Shown: positions 10,343-20,437 of the stretch, piece by piece | How positions within the stretch are numbered: the first letter of the stretch is position 1 | Layout: every line of letters begins with the position of its first letter | Assembly: GCA_016839555.1 (NCBI GenBank) | Contig: JAEOUA010000012.1 | Location: 128,001 to 192,000, forward strand | DNA from: Promethearchaeota archaeon | Lineage (GTDB): Archaea > Asgardarchaeota > Lokiarchaeia > Sigyniarchaeales > SOKP01 | Direction of reading: 5' to 3' | DNA length: 64,000 bases | Translations under genes and position numbers: made by a program | Notes under the pieces: model-generated | Seen by the model: only the letters and a program-made list of their open reading frames with translations | The model's database searches: none | What the model was told of the DNA's origin: nothing

Positions 10343-11830
10343 TTAAGGAAGAGCTAATCTTCCAGGATGCATTATCATATTAGGATCAACTAACTTTTTA
10401 AAAGCTCTCAAATATTTCCAGTACATTCCCGCTTTGCTATATGTTAACGGTGCATGAATATAAGGATCAGGTCTATAATTAAGCCATCCTTGTTCTAATC
10501 CATATTCTGTGGTCTCTCTGTTGAGTTCTTGTACTCTTTCAAAATCTTCAGGATTAGTGGAATCAAAGCATATAATTGGCATGCAAATCGCTTGTCTACC
10601 ACGTTCAATGGAAGCAACCCACATTGTAGGGGGAAAACCGTATTTCTCCATCGCATTACAATACATTTCTGAGAAATGTGCACATTCATTCCAAGGAGTA
10701 TACCAAGTGATAAAGAGGAATCCCGCATCATAGAAGCTATAAGGAATCGCAATTTTATTAGGTTTCCTTAATCTGCTTGCGATCTGTTTCGGATGGAGTT
10801 CCCACTTCTTTATTGCATCAGGATCTTTTGCTCTATTTTCTTTATAATCCTTTGCCATTTTATCAATTCTATCTGTCACATAATCCAATTCTTCTTGGGT
10901 TTGTGCCCAGCATTCAAAATTCATCCACCACTTAGAAATTCCAATCTTTTCATAGAATTCATAATTTTGAGGGATTTTTTCTTTTGGCCAGCGAGTCATA
11001 ATCAATGGATAATTTCCTCCCTGAACCATAACTGTATTATGTGCTATTCCAAATTCTTGTTTCTGGATCTCTAGGGTTAGGTCTTGCATATCGTAAGGAT
11101 TAGACATGCCCCAAGCAACTACAGTTTTAAATTCTGGATGCGGATAAATCTTTACCGCAACTTTAGTAATCACGCCAAATGCTCCTTGGCTTCCCATTAA
11201 TAATGACCACATATCAGGGCCTATCCCATATTTATAGAAAGGTTTAGAACCAGGAAGCGCCCAAGATCCAGTCCTTAAAATATCTCCGTTTGGAAATACT
11301 ACTTCTGCGCACATAAAATTATCTCCCTGGGGTCCTACGCTTGAAGTATATAGGGAAAATCCCCTATCAATCGCGTCTCCCATAACAGTTGATGCTGGTG
11401 GAGCTCCATCCGGTATAGGTGGTGCCCAATCAGGAGTATGCTTATGCATCCAAGCCCATAATCTTCCAATAGTTACTCCTGGTTCCACAATCGCATATCG
11501 ATTTTCTTCGTCAACTTCAAGAATTCTATCCATTCGACTTAAATCCAACATAACTCCCGCCGGGTTAATGGTTGGACATGCAAACCCTCCAGAGAGTCCT
11601 CCAGAGATAGGAGAGACAGCAATCTTTTCTTCTGAACAATAAACCAAAATCTTTCTAATTTCTTCCACGTATTTTGGTCGCAACACGATATCGGGAATCT
11701 GAGATTCCAAGCCCATTACGGATTTTGAGAGATAAGATGCTGTAATGGCTTCATCCATCGATGCGTAGGCCTTACCCACAAACGATTGTAATGCCGAAAA
11801 GTCCTTTTCAGTAGGTGCTTTATAACTCAT
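10343..11830 (-). CDS. FAD-binding oxidoreductase (VAO/GlcD/PCMH family)
   Basis: PDIVLRP, LDLSRMDRILEVD, VEPGV, GSQGAFGVITK, DPNMIMHPG; co-oriented 21 bp upstream of the Fe-S subunit gene. Confidence 0.9.
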   Translation of the reverse strand: MSYKAPTEKDFSALQSFVGKAYASMDEAITASYLSKSVMGLESQIPDIVLRPKYVEEIRKILVYCSEEKIAVSPISGGLSGGFACPTINPAGVMLDLSRMDRILEVDEENRYAIVEPGVTIGRLWAWMHKHTPDWAPPIPDGAPPASTVMGDAIDRGFSLYTSSVGPQGDNFMCAEVVFPNGDILRTGSWALPGSKPFYKYGIGPDMWSLLMGSQGAFGVITKVAVKIYPHPEFKTVVAWGMSNPYDMQDLTLEIQKQEFGIAHNTVMVQGGNYPLIMTRWPKEKIPQNYEFYEKIGISKWWMNFECWAQTQEELDYVTDRIDKMAKDYKENRAKDPDAIKKWELHPKQIASRLRKPNKIAIPYSFYDAGFLFITWYTPWNECAHFSEMYCNAMEKYGFPPTMWVASIERGRQAICMPIICFDSTNPEDFERVQELNRETTEYGLEQGWLNYRPDPYIHAPLTYSKAGMYWKYLRAFKKLVDPNMIMHPGRLALP

Positions 11831-12170
11831 TTTTTTCAGCTTTTTCTTTTTTTTTTCAGTTACTATTATATAATATAAATATTAATTATAGAAATTAACA
11901 ACAAAATTTTAAGATTATCAAAATGCTTTTAATAAAAAGAGTAATAATTTCTTATAATTTCAATCATATAGATTTAAAAGGGAAGTGAAAGTCTAACTTA
12001 TAAATTCTAATGGGGTGTTTTATAAAAAAAGAAAAAATGAACTAAAATTATCGATTTTTCTGTCTGCTTAACGTATATAAGGCAAATTCTTATTTAATCG
12101 GTAGCTTTTGTCATGTCTGTTATTATTTTTCCTGCTTGAAAGTAAAGTCTTCATTTACCATTAAAATATC

Positions 12171-12629
12171 TCATGAAGCACATTCAGAGCATAAATTCTC
12201 TTTTTTATTCCAACATTTATCACAGACATACCTCTGACACTTTGGGCAAAGATTAAAATGCTCTTTTGCTTTTTCCTGACTTTCATTGAACACTTTTTCA
12301 TGTTCTTCATGCCATTTATCGGACATACCTACATATTTTTTTTCAAGAGCGTTAGTACCGGTCCTAATTGCTGTTCTGACTCCTCTTCTAACTGCATATG
12401 AAGTGGTTCCTCTTAATACACCTCTAGTTCCTCTTCTAATTGCACTTGATGTGGCTAAAGATGCTGCAGCTCCAAGCCCTTTAATGAGTTTTCCTTTCTT
12501 GCCTGTTTTTGCTTTTATAAATTCTGTTTTATAACCAATTCCACCACACAAATCACAAAGGAATGTAAATTGAAATCCTTTTTCATTACTCTCATCTTGA
12601 TAATTTTTTGTAAAAGGTGTTAATGCCAT
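12171..12629 (-). CDS. Zinc-ribbon protein with a basic Gly/Ala/Arg-rich insert
   Basis: GFQFTFLCDLCG ... CPKCQRYVCDKCWN..LCSEC. Confidence 0.75.
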   Translation of the reverse strand: MALTPFTKNYQDESNEKGFQFTFLCDLCGGIGYKTEFIKAKTGKKGKLIKGLGAAASLATSSAIRRGTRGVLRGTTSYAVRRGVRTAIRTGTNALEKKYVGMSDKWHEEHEKVFNESQEKAKEHFNLCPKCQRYVCDKCWNKKENLCSECAS

Positions 12630-12983
12630 TTTATTTCACTTTTTTTAATACAATATTGTTTAGTGTTTATTATATTTTTGATATATGTTAAAGTTAGAAA
12701 GGATATACCCATTATTAAATGTTTTCATAGGAATCTAAAGGTCAATTTAATTCTTTTCATGGCTTTAATATAGATGTTTTTCATGTAAATCAGTTTTTTA
12801 AAAGTTTTTTACTCAAAAATTAAAAAAAATGGTTTTCAATCAAAAAAGTTGATATAGATAATAGCTTTATCGCGTTGGAATCATTTATAATTTATTAAAG
12901 ATTTTCCCGTTAAAAATAAAAAGTAAAAAAGGAGAAACTTATAATTTCTAATAGGAATTTTATATTATAGAGAAAAAAAAGGC

Positions 12984-13433
12984 TTAAAAATCATCTTTTT
13001 CACTACTGAGAGGTTTTACTCCCGTAGCTAAGGAGCTCACATTAAAGAGTTTCCAGTATCCATCTTTATTTTTTTTGAGATGTACCGGACTTGCAAAGTC
13101 TTTACCTCCACTTTGCACAAAAATTTTAGACTTTTTTGCCCCTCGTTTAGAAGAATCTTCCACTATTATAGGATCATTATCATAGGAATAGGCATAATCA
13201 TTATCGGGTGTCCCTCCCAAATATGAGCCGGTATTATGCTTATCAAATTGATATTGCAAATAGTATTTTACATTAGAACTTATTTTATTTTTTGGTAGAG
13301 TCATTGCAATCATTTTTTCAGCATTCTCATTCCCATCTAAATATTCTAAGACTCCCATTAAAAAACATTTTATAGTTCCCTCTTCTGTAGTTCCTAATTC
13401 GTTCCACTTTGATTCAAATTCTGCAAATTTCAT
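12984..13433 (-). CDS. Conserved hypothetical protein (DUF6935-like)
   Basis: SYLGGTPDNDY and FVQSGGKDFASPVHLKK..GYWKL..SSLATGVK. Confidence 0.65.
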   Translation of the reverse strand: MKFAEFESKWNELGTTEEGTIKCFLMGVLEYLDGNENAEKMIAMTLPKNKISSNVKYYLQYQFDKHNTGSYLGGTPDNDYAYSYDNDPIIVEDSSKRGAKKSKIFVQSGGKDFASPVHLKKNKDGYWKLFNVSSLATGVKPLSSEKDDF

Positions 13434-13626
13434 AATTCATCTTACCAATTTTTTTTTTAATAAAATAAGGAGTATGAATAAATAAAAACTATTCTTTTTT
13501 TCTATTTTGATGTTGGTGTTTAAAATCTCTTTCTTAATAAAACCATTTGATAGAAATATCGGCATCTATGTAAATCCATACAATATTGAATATATAAAAT
13601 TCACTCTAAATAGTAGCTGTTGAAAT

Positions 13627-14448
13627 CTACGTTAATCTTTTTGTTTTTGCGAATTCATTTCCCAAATATGCTCCACCTAGCGAAGCTATTGCAACAAATG
13701 GCAGAAATGAAAGTATGGGATAAATTAAAATAGAAGCTATCGCACCAAGGGCAAAAAGATGAGCTATTATTATCAAGATAAAATATATAATTGCGTTAAG
13801 GATACTTACCTTTAAATTTAGTAATATATACCCTGAAATAAAGTTTCCTATGCCAAACAAAATTATAAGCTCAGCAAATAGTCCTAGTACTAATATCGGT
13901 ATGGTTTGTTTAACCAAATTTTCAGGTGTTATATATATTGGGATATTTCTTAAAATAAAATTCGCAAAAACCCATATATTTATTATTGTCAGAACAACAC
14001 CTATGCCTATTAATACGATAATAGATATAATGAATCTCAAAAGAAGTGAAGAGGTCCCTCTTCTTCTTAAATTGTCTTTTATTATATCATCCATTTTCTC
14101 TCGATTTTTCACTAATTCAAGATCGTAAGCCGGCGAAAATTCATCAATGAAATCCGTCAACAGAGTTTTTAATATTGTTTTAACCAATCCATTATTATCT
14201 TTTATACTGACAATTGCGGCTCCAAAAATATTTTCTTGAGTATTTAATTCGAATATTACTTTGCTATCTTTACCAAGGTCGACAAAATCTACAATACTCT
14301 CTAATCCTTCTCGGCTAAAATTCACGACGGAACTGAAAAAGCCCAATATTAAATTTTCATCAAAAGGTTGCTTAATAAAGCTCTCTGAATATAATAGCAT
14401 ACCATTTCGACGCAATATATATAAACTTTTAATCAATTTTCTTCTCAC
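13627..14448 (-). CDS. Longin-like domain fused to four TM helices
   Basis: N-terminal IKSLYILRRNGMLLYS..DENLILGFFSSVVNFSRE pattern typical of Asgard longin domains; four hydrophobic helices in the C-terminal half. Confidence 0.75.
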   Translation of the reverse strand: MRRKLIKSLYILRRNGMLLYSESFIKQPFDENLILGFFSSVVNFSREGLESIVDFVDLGKDSKVIFELNTQENIFGAAIVSIKDNNGLVKTILKTLLTDFIDEFSPAYDLELVKNREKMDDIIKDNLRRRGTSSLLLRFIISIIVLIGIGVVLTIINIWVFANFILRNIPIYITPENLVKQTIPILVLGLFAELIILFGIGNFISGYILLNLKVSILNAIIYFILIIIAHLFALGAIASILIYPILSFLPFVAIASLGGAYLGNEFAKTKRLT

Positions 14449-14457
14449 TTTTACTTA

Positions 14458-16170
14458 TTATATTAATTTTAAATATTCGATATAATCCCTTAAATTACAT
14501 TTTACGATTTCGAAATTTATTAATTCAGAACCAAATAAATGAACAATTTTTTTAATTACTTGGGTTGCATCCTTTTTTGGAAATATTTTATATTTCTCAT
14601 TCCTACGCTCTTCAATAATTATTACCGAATCAAGATTAAATAATGTTTTTAGAGTCTCTTCCGTTGGATAATTTAATTCAATTTTTATGATTTCTCCCTC
14701 TTGAGGAACTTGGCATGTCAACTCGTCTACAATTCCAACCTCTGTTTTTTTGTCAGTTATAGTAATTACTTTGTCGCAATTTTCTACAAACTCTTCAGGC
14801 CCTTCTACCAAGAATATTACATGAAATTCTTTTTTAATATTATCTAATGCGTTTTTGAATTCCTTATATTGTAATCTGTTAAATATTTCTTCTTGCATTG
14901 AAAACATTATGATATCAGCAGATTGTATAAGAGCTCTTGCGATTGAAAAAAGTAAGAAGTCTATTGGTTCTAAATCTTTTACTTTTTGATTTTCTTTAAA
15001 TGTTAATCCTGTTAATTGGAGTATTTTTTTAATAAAATCCCGTTTCTTCTTGAATTTTTTTAGAAAAGTAATGAATTTCCAAAAATATCCTTTAGTAATC
15101 AATTCATCGATTAGAGTTGATAATCCAGCTTCTTGTATTTTAGTTCTTAATTCCTCATCCTCAAAACTCGATTCAAATTTAATCTTTATGTTAGATTTTA
15201 TTGCATCCTTGACTTTCTGGTTGGAAATTTTTGGTTCGATTGGTTTAGGTAACACGAAGATTCTCTTTTGATCTTCTTGAGAGAGTAATTGTACAAATTT
15301 TCCAAAAAATTTTATAGTTCCAGAGAAAACTTGCTCTTTACCCGCTATAGCATTATATAATTTCATTACATTTGCCTTTTCAATAAATTCCTCTTTTTTG
15401 GTATTGAATAAAATTCCTATTGATTGCCCTCTATGTACTTTAAGCGAGATATTATTAATTAATTGCCCAGTTGAAACTTTTTTTAATAATAAGATTTGAT
15501 ATTTTTTATAATACTCCACCAACCTTAATAGCTTTAGAATATAATTAATTAAGTGGTCTATTATATCTGTGATATGAGGTGGGTTTAATTCCTCCCAATT
15601 TCTTAATTCCTCAAAATCCAAAAAAGTTTCTAAGTTGATAATTTTTAAAAGGTTTCTTGAAAAGTAAAAAGTAGGTTTTAAAGGATACTTTTCAAGATCC
15701 ACCTTTAATTCCGTAGAAAACTCAGGAAAATATAGTATGATCTCCCTAAAATATGGAATATTATCGATAGCATAATTTTCAAATCTTTGGTCTATTAATT
15801 TTACCTCCATATCTAATATTTTTAAATGATATTGGAATTCCCGTTCTATTAACTCATCAATCCGATTAATAATTTTCATTGGACTTATCAACCCGTCATC
15901 ATCAAAATCGGGATCTATCAAAACATCATTAAAATCAACTTCCGTCTCAATTGGGGTATATATTTCTAAGATGGGCATTGCTTTCTCCAAAACATCCTGA
16001 TTAGGAAAGAATAATATCTCAATATAGCTCCTTTTATAATCCAAATCCAAAATGGTTGATACTCCGAAAGTATCTTTTTTATAAATCATCCAATAATGCT
16101 CAGAATGTCTGATAGTAGTATTTATTTTTTCCCGAATTAACTCTAATTCTTCCTTTCTAGTTCTATTCAA
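14458..16170 (-). CDS. RWD/UEV(E2-like)-domain protein fused to a degenerate ABC ATPase domain
   Basis: aa ~115-215 LDMEVKLI..LKVDLEKYPLKPTFYFS..LRNWEELNPPHITDII; ABC scaffold NNISLKVHRGQSIGIL, FSIARALIQSADII with Walker A, LSGG and DE lost. Confidence 0.7.
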   Translation of the reverse strand: MNRTRKEELELIREKINTTIRHSEHYWMIYKKDTFGVSTILDLDYKRSYIEILFFPNQDVLEKAMPILEIYTPIETEVDFNDVLIDPDFDDDGLISPMKIINRIDELIEREFQYHLKILDMEVKLIDQRFENYAIDNIPYFREIILYFPEFSTELKVDLEKYPLKPTFYFSRNLLKIINLETFLDFEELRNWEELNPPHITDIIDHLINYILKLLRLVEYYKKYQILLLKKVSTGQLINNISLKVHRGQSIGILFNTKKEEFIEKANVMKLYNAIAGKEQVFSGTIKFFGKFVQLLSQEDQKRIFVLPKPIEPKISNQKVKDAIKSNIKIKFESSFEDEELRTKIQEAGLSTLIDELITKGYFWKFITFLKKFKKKRDFIKKILQLTGLTFKENQKVKDLEPIDFLLFSIARALIQSADIIMFSMQEEIFNRLQYKEFKNALDNIKKEFHVIFLVEGPEEFVENCDKVITITDKKTEVGIVDELTCQVPQEGEIIKIELNYPTEETLKTLFNLDSVIIIEERRNEKYKIFPKKDATQVIKKIVHLFGSELINFEIVKCNLRDYIEYLKLI

Positions 16171-19100
16171 TTTTTGGAACCTCCATTGCTTTGTATCTAA
16201 AATATTCTTCCATTTTACTATCAGATTGATTTATTCCCAATATAGAATTATCTCCAAACTCTTCTCCAACTTCCTTCCTGAGTTTAATTTTAGGCAAATT
16301 AGATAAAATTATATAGTCTGTACCTACCTTATTTTCCAGTGCTTTTTTAATTCCTTCTATTGCTTCTAATCTTTCTATGGCATCATCTTGGGGATCATAG
16401 AAAAATAATTCTAATGATCTTCCACCGCCTGGGAGTTGAGATAATAATTCTCTAGGTGTTCCGAAATCTATCATACCACGCCCTCTACCAAAAATAACAA
16501 CTTTATTACAAAACTTAGATTCTTCGGGATAATGGGAAATAACTAATAAAGTGGTATTAAATTTTTCATTAATTTTAGTAAGAGATAGCCATAATCTTTC
16601 TCTCACCACAGGATCTAAACCACTCGTAGGTTCATCAAGGATACAAAAAACTGGATTATGAATTAAAGACATTGCAATGCTTACCCTTCGTTTTTCCCCA
16701 CCAGATAAGTTCTTTAATTTTTCATTTATTTTATCCTCAATTTCAAGACTTCTTAAGGTTCGTTTTGCTTTGCTAACTATTTCTTTTTCAGTCATTCCAT
16801 ATTGTTTTCCAAAATAGATTAAATTTTGAAGAGTAGTAAAGTTCAAATATATTTTTCCTAAATCTTGTGGGACATATCCATAGATCGATCTAAATTTTCT
16901 CTTATTTCTTTTAGCATCCATGCCATAGATTTCGCATATTCCTTTATATTTATGCATTCCTAAAACAGCTTTAATAAAAGTAGATTTTCCAGCGCCACTT
17001 TCTCCTAATATACCCAGAATTTCACCATGTTCTATTTTTAAGGAAACATCATTAACAATCAATTTTCGTCTTATATAGATGTTTAAATTTTCACAATATA
17101 AGGTGGGAAATTTCTTCAAATAGTCTCTACTTAGTTTATCTTTGAAACCGAAAGTAGTTCTTATTTTTTTGACTATATAATTTTTTAAATAATAGAAAAT
17201 ATTAATCAAAATTAATAAAACTAAAAGAAGGCCTTCAGATATGGATAAAAAAGCTAATAAATTATTCCATGGGGTAGGATCAAAGGCTTGATCATATCTT
17301 ATTTCATCAATAAATACTAATGCATAAGCGATATTTCTTAGATCTCCCCCAAAAAAAGCATCATCACCAACTCCACCCGTTGTTTGGCTAATGCAGAATC
17401 GAAACCATCTCACTAAATTTTTTATATGTTCTGGCTGCAAATTATACTCATATAAGGCAATTGATCCAAAATAGGTTCCTAAAAATGAAGATGGTAAATC
17501 CAAAAGCGATGAGAGATATGGTATTACATTAAAACCTCCATCATTAGATTGTGCATTTTTGAGAAATTCCATCGCAGCCATTTCTGATAATGGTTCAATA
17601 CCCAAAAAATTTAGCAATGTTAATCCATAATATGTCGAAATTACATCCGAATGAAACCCATAAAATATTCCAAATCCTCCGTCTGCATTTTGAGAGGAAA
17701 CAAGCCAATGTCTTAAACTTATTGGATTTATGAGGGTTATAGCTTTCAAGCTTGTCAAACTATATACCGCCCAATAAGTACTTTCAATAGTAGATATATT
17801 TGAGTTTACAACATCTAATAAAGGTTCATAAGCAGCACCGAAATAAGAAATAATTATATCCAAGTCTTCAGTTAACTTAAAACCTCCATCGGGATTTTGT
17901 AAGGAAGCTAAATATCGTGCTGTAGCAGTTTCATTATTAATCCAGGTTCTAGTATAAGGTAAGAATAATTGACTTATATAAACTGCACAATAAGTAGAAA
18001 AAACACTAGAATTATATCCTGGTTGAGAACCATAACCTCCATCTACAACATTATAGCATGAATTCACGAAATTTGCTATGCTATTTATATTTATAAATAA
18101 TGGAAATTTAGAACCGGCATAATTATAAATAGATTTTACTCCTAAATAATTACTCAATAGAGAAATCTCCCCAATTAATCCATTCATCGCTTGATGATCA
18201 TATAACCAATTATAATAATTTATTTTTACCGTATCACTTATATTTAAGGAAGGTGAAGCATTATTTTCCAATAACCGGATTGAATTCATGGCAGCCCATC
18301 CTGATTTAAAGTCTGACGTTATATTTGAAAAGGAATGAGATCCGAATCCTCCATCAGTATTTTGACAACTAAGTATATAATTTTTAGTACGATTTTCAGA
18401 TGATGGTGTACTATTAAAATGATATATTGACCATAATGAATAATAGGTAGAACTTATATCAGAAAGACTGGCACTTGATGGAGTTGCTCTATATCCTCCA
18501 TCTAATATATTATATAAAGTAGTAAAATATGTTTTAATCCAAGATTCTTCTGTAGAATTATAAGTATTATTCAACTCTAAATAAGCTTTAATTCCAAAAT
18601 AAGTTGTTTCTGCCGTAATAGTATATGTACGATTAGAAAACCTATAATTCCCAAAAAATGCGATTGTATGATTTCCTAACTCTTTTATATAATTTGTTAG
18701 ACTCTCGTTATTATTTTCCAAAATAGAATTAAAATTTAATAATTTTGCTAATCTTATTCCATAATACGTGGAAATTATATCTGCTTCTTCCGCCTCTTCA
18801 TTGTATTTAAAACCATAGCCATTTTCTGCTAAAGAATCCTTAAGATACTCCTTTATTCTATAAATTCTAATTTGATGAGCGGGATTTTCTAAAAATGAAT
18901 CGCTTAAAAGATTAATTGTTTGTATTGCTTTATAAGTGGAATACATATTGCCTAAACCATTTATATCTGAATATGAACCGTCATCATTCTGTTTTTCGAA
19001 TAAATAATCTAAAAAAAATTGTTTCCTGAAAAAAATTAAATGCGGATTCTTATTAGGATTTATTAAACTAGAATTACTAAATGCGATACTTGAAAAATTA

Positions 19101-19336
19101 ATAGAATCAATCGCTCTATAGTTTGCTACTATAGTGGGTTCAACAAACAAACGACTTGAAGGATTTTGATGGGTATATGCAAAATAGAACATATCAGTTT
19201 TATAAGCCTCAACCTCATTTTCTTCGAAATATATTATAAACTGAGAATTAATTATGAAATAAGTTACTAATTGGCTAAAATAAAGCGCAATAATTATTAT
19301 AACATACGTTAATTGGCGTTTCTTTCTTCTATCCAA
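16163..19336 (-). CDS. Fusion: signal anchor + prenyltransferase/squalene-oxidase repeats + TM helix + ABC ATPase
   Basis: About ten QNxDGG[FY]-type repeats with DxxSTY[YW]-type helices; TM at aa ~690-717; GESGAGKS, YVPQ, LSGGE, ILDEPT, ISH all intact. Confidence 0.88.
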   Translation of the reverse strand: MDRRKKRQLTYVIIIIALYFSQLVTYFIINSQFIIYFEENEVEAYKTDMFYFAYTHQNPSSRLFVEPTIVANYRAIDSINFSSIAFSNSSLINPNKNPHLIFFRKQFFLDYLFEKQNDDGSYSDINGLGNMYSTYKAIQTINLLSDSFLENPAHQIRIYRIKEYLKDSLAENGYGFKYNEEAEEADIISTYYGIRLAKLLNFNSILENNNESLTNYIKELGNHTIAFFGNYRFSNRTYTITAETTYFGIKAYLELNNTYNSTEESWIKTYFTTLYNILDGGYRATPSSASLSDISSTYYSLWSIYHFNSTPSSENRTKNYILSCQNTDGGFGSHSFSNITSDFKSGWAAMNSIRLLENNASPSLNISDTVKINYYNWLYDHQAMNGLIGEISLLSNYLGVKSIYNYAGSKFPLFININSIANFVNSCYNVVDGGYGSQPGYNSSVFSTYCAVYISQLFLPYTRTWINNETATARYLASLQNPDGGFKLTEDLDIIISYFGAAYEPLLDVVNSNISTIESTYWAVYSLTSLKAITLINPISLRHWLVSSQNADGGFGIFYGFHSDVISTYYGLTLLNFLGIEPLSEMAAMEFLKNAQSNDGGFNVIPYLSSLLDLPSSFLGTYFGSIALYEYNLQPEHIKNLVRWFRFCISQTTGGVGDDAFFGGDLRNIAYALVFIDEIRYDQAFDPTPWNNLLAFLSISEGLLLVLLILINIFYYLKNYIVKKIRTTFGFKDKLSRDYLKKFPTLYCENLNIYIRRKLIVNDVSLKIEHGEILGILGESGAGKSTFIKAVLGMHKYKGICEIYGMDAKRNKRKFRSIYGYVPQDLGKIYLNFTTLQNLIYFGKQYGMTEKEIVSKAKRTLRSLEIEDKINEKLKNLSGGEKRRVSIAMSLIHNPVFCILDEPTSGLDPVVRERLWLSLTKINEKFNTTLLVISHYPEESKFCNKVVIFGRGRGMIDFGTPRELLSQLPGGGRSLELFFYDPQDDAIERLEAIEGIKKALENKVGTDYIILSNLPKIKLRKEVGEEFGDNSILGINQSDSKMEEYFRYKAMEVPKIE

Positions 19337-20437
19337 TTATATACCACCACTCTTCTCTGATTTCTCGTTTTCAGTATTTTTTAAGTGTTCTTCCTCTTCT
19401 TTAGTTTCTCCAATTTTTATTTCTTGTTCTCTTTCCTTTTCTTCTTCTTCTTGAATTCTAATTTGGAAATATCTTCTAAAATTAGCGCTGTCTCTACTCA
19501 TTGAAATAATTTTTATTCCTTTTTCAAATAAATAATCAATAAATGGATTAATGTTTTTTCCAAAATCATATAAAAAGACCTCTATATTAATATTTCCTAC
19601 TCTCGAAATTCTTTCACAATATTCAAATGCTTTTATTATATCTATTTTCTCTTGAGTTAAATCTTGAATTGTTAATCTGACCAATAAGCCATTACTTGGG
19701 AGTGTTTGGATTAAATTATGGGGGCTATCAAATGCTAATAATTCTCCTTCTCGTAAAATGGCAGTTTTATCACAAATTAGAGCAGCTTCAAGATCATGAG
19801 TAATTATGAACATTGTTGTCCCCAATTTTCTATTAAGTATTTTGAGATAATTTAATATATCGTATCGCTTATTTGCATCAACTCCTGTTGTTGGTTCATC
19901 AAGAAATAACACTTCTGGATTATGAATGAGCCCTATTGCCATAGAAACTCTTTTTTTTTCACCGCCACTCAGCTTTTTTAAAGCATTTTTCCATGTGTCT
20001 TCTGGAATATCTAATATTGAAAATAATTCCTCTGCAACCTCTTTAGCTTTTTCTTTTTTCATTCCATAATTAGAAGCAAATGTTTCAACATTTACTAAAG
20101 GAGATAATTCATAATAGAGATTTAATAATTCTAATTGAGGCACATACCCGATTCTACTCAATATTTTTTGATGGTTTTTCTCTTTTGCTGGATTTAAATG
20201 AGTTACTAACACATCTCCAGTCCAGTTTTTACTTTTAATCTGACAAGTCAACACCCTTATGATAGTAGTTTTTCCTGCACCTGAAATTCCAAATAATCCT
20301 ATTATTTCACCTTTCCTAACTTCAAAGGAGACATCATGAATGATGTGTGCCTTTCCAAATGTGACATTCAAACCCTGTACCTTAACTACTATCTCATTTG
20401 AATTTAATTCTTTTATGATATCCACCTCATACTTCAT
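19337..20437 (-). CDS. ABC transporter ATP-binding protein (ABC-2/DrrA type)
   Basis: GISGAGKT, YVPQ, LSGGEKKR, FLDEPT, ITHD; acidic C-terminal tail. Confidence 0.93.
   Translation of the reverse strand: MKYEVDIIKELNSNEIVVKVQGLNVTFGKAHIIHDVSFEVRKGEIIGLFGISGAGKTTIIRVLTCQIKSKNWTGDVLVTHLNPAKEKNHQKILSRIGYVPQLELLNLYYELSPLVNVETFASNYGMKKEKAKEVAEELFSILDIPEDTWKNALKKLSGGEKKRVSMAIGLIHNPEVLFLDEPTTGVDANKRYDILNYLKILNRKLGTTMFIITHDLEAALICDKTAILREGELLAFDSPHNLIQTLPSNGLLVRLTIQDLTQEKIDIIKAFEYCERISRVGNINIEVFLYDFGKNINPFIDYLFEKGIKIISMSRDSANFRRYFQIRIQEEEEKEREQEIKIGETKEEEEHLKNTENEKSEKSGGI

Noticed and set aside
16163-19336. Squalene-hopene/oxidosqualene cyclase call for the repeat domain
   Set aside because: No DXDD/DCTAE catalytic motif, and the domain is predicted to be extracellular; only the repeat fold is supported
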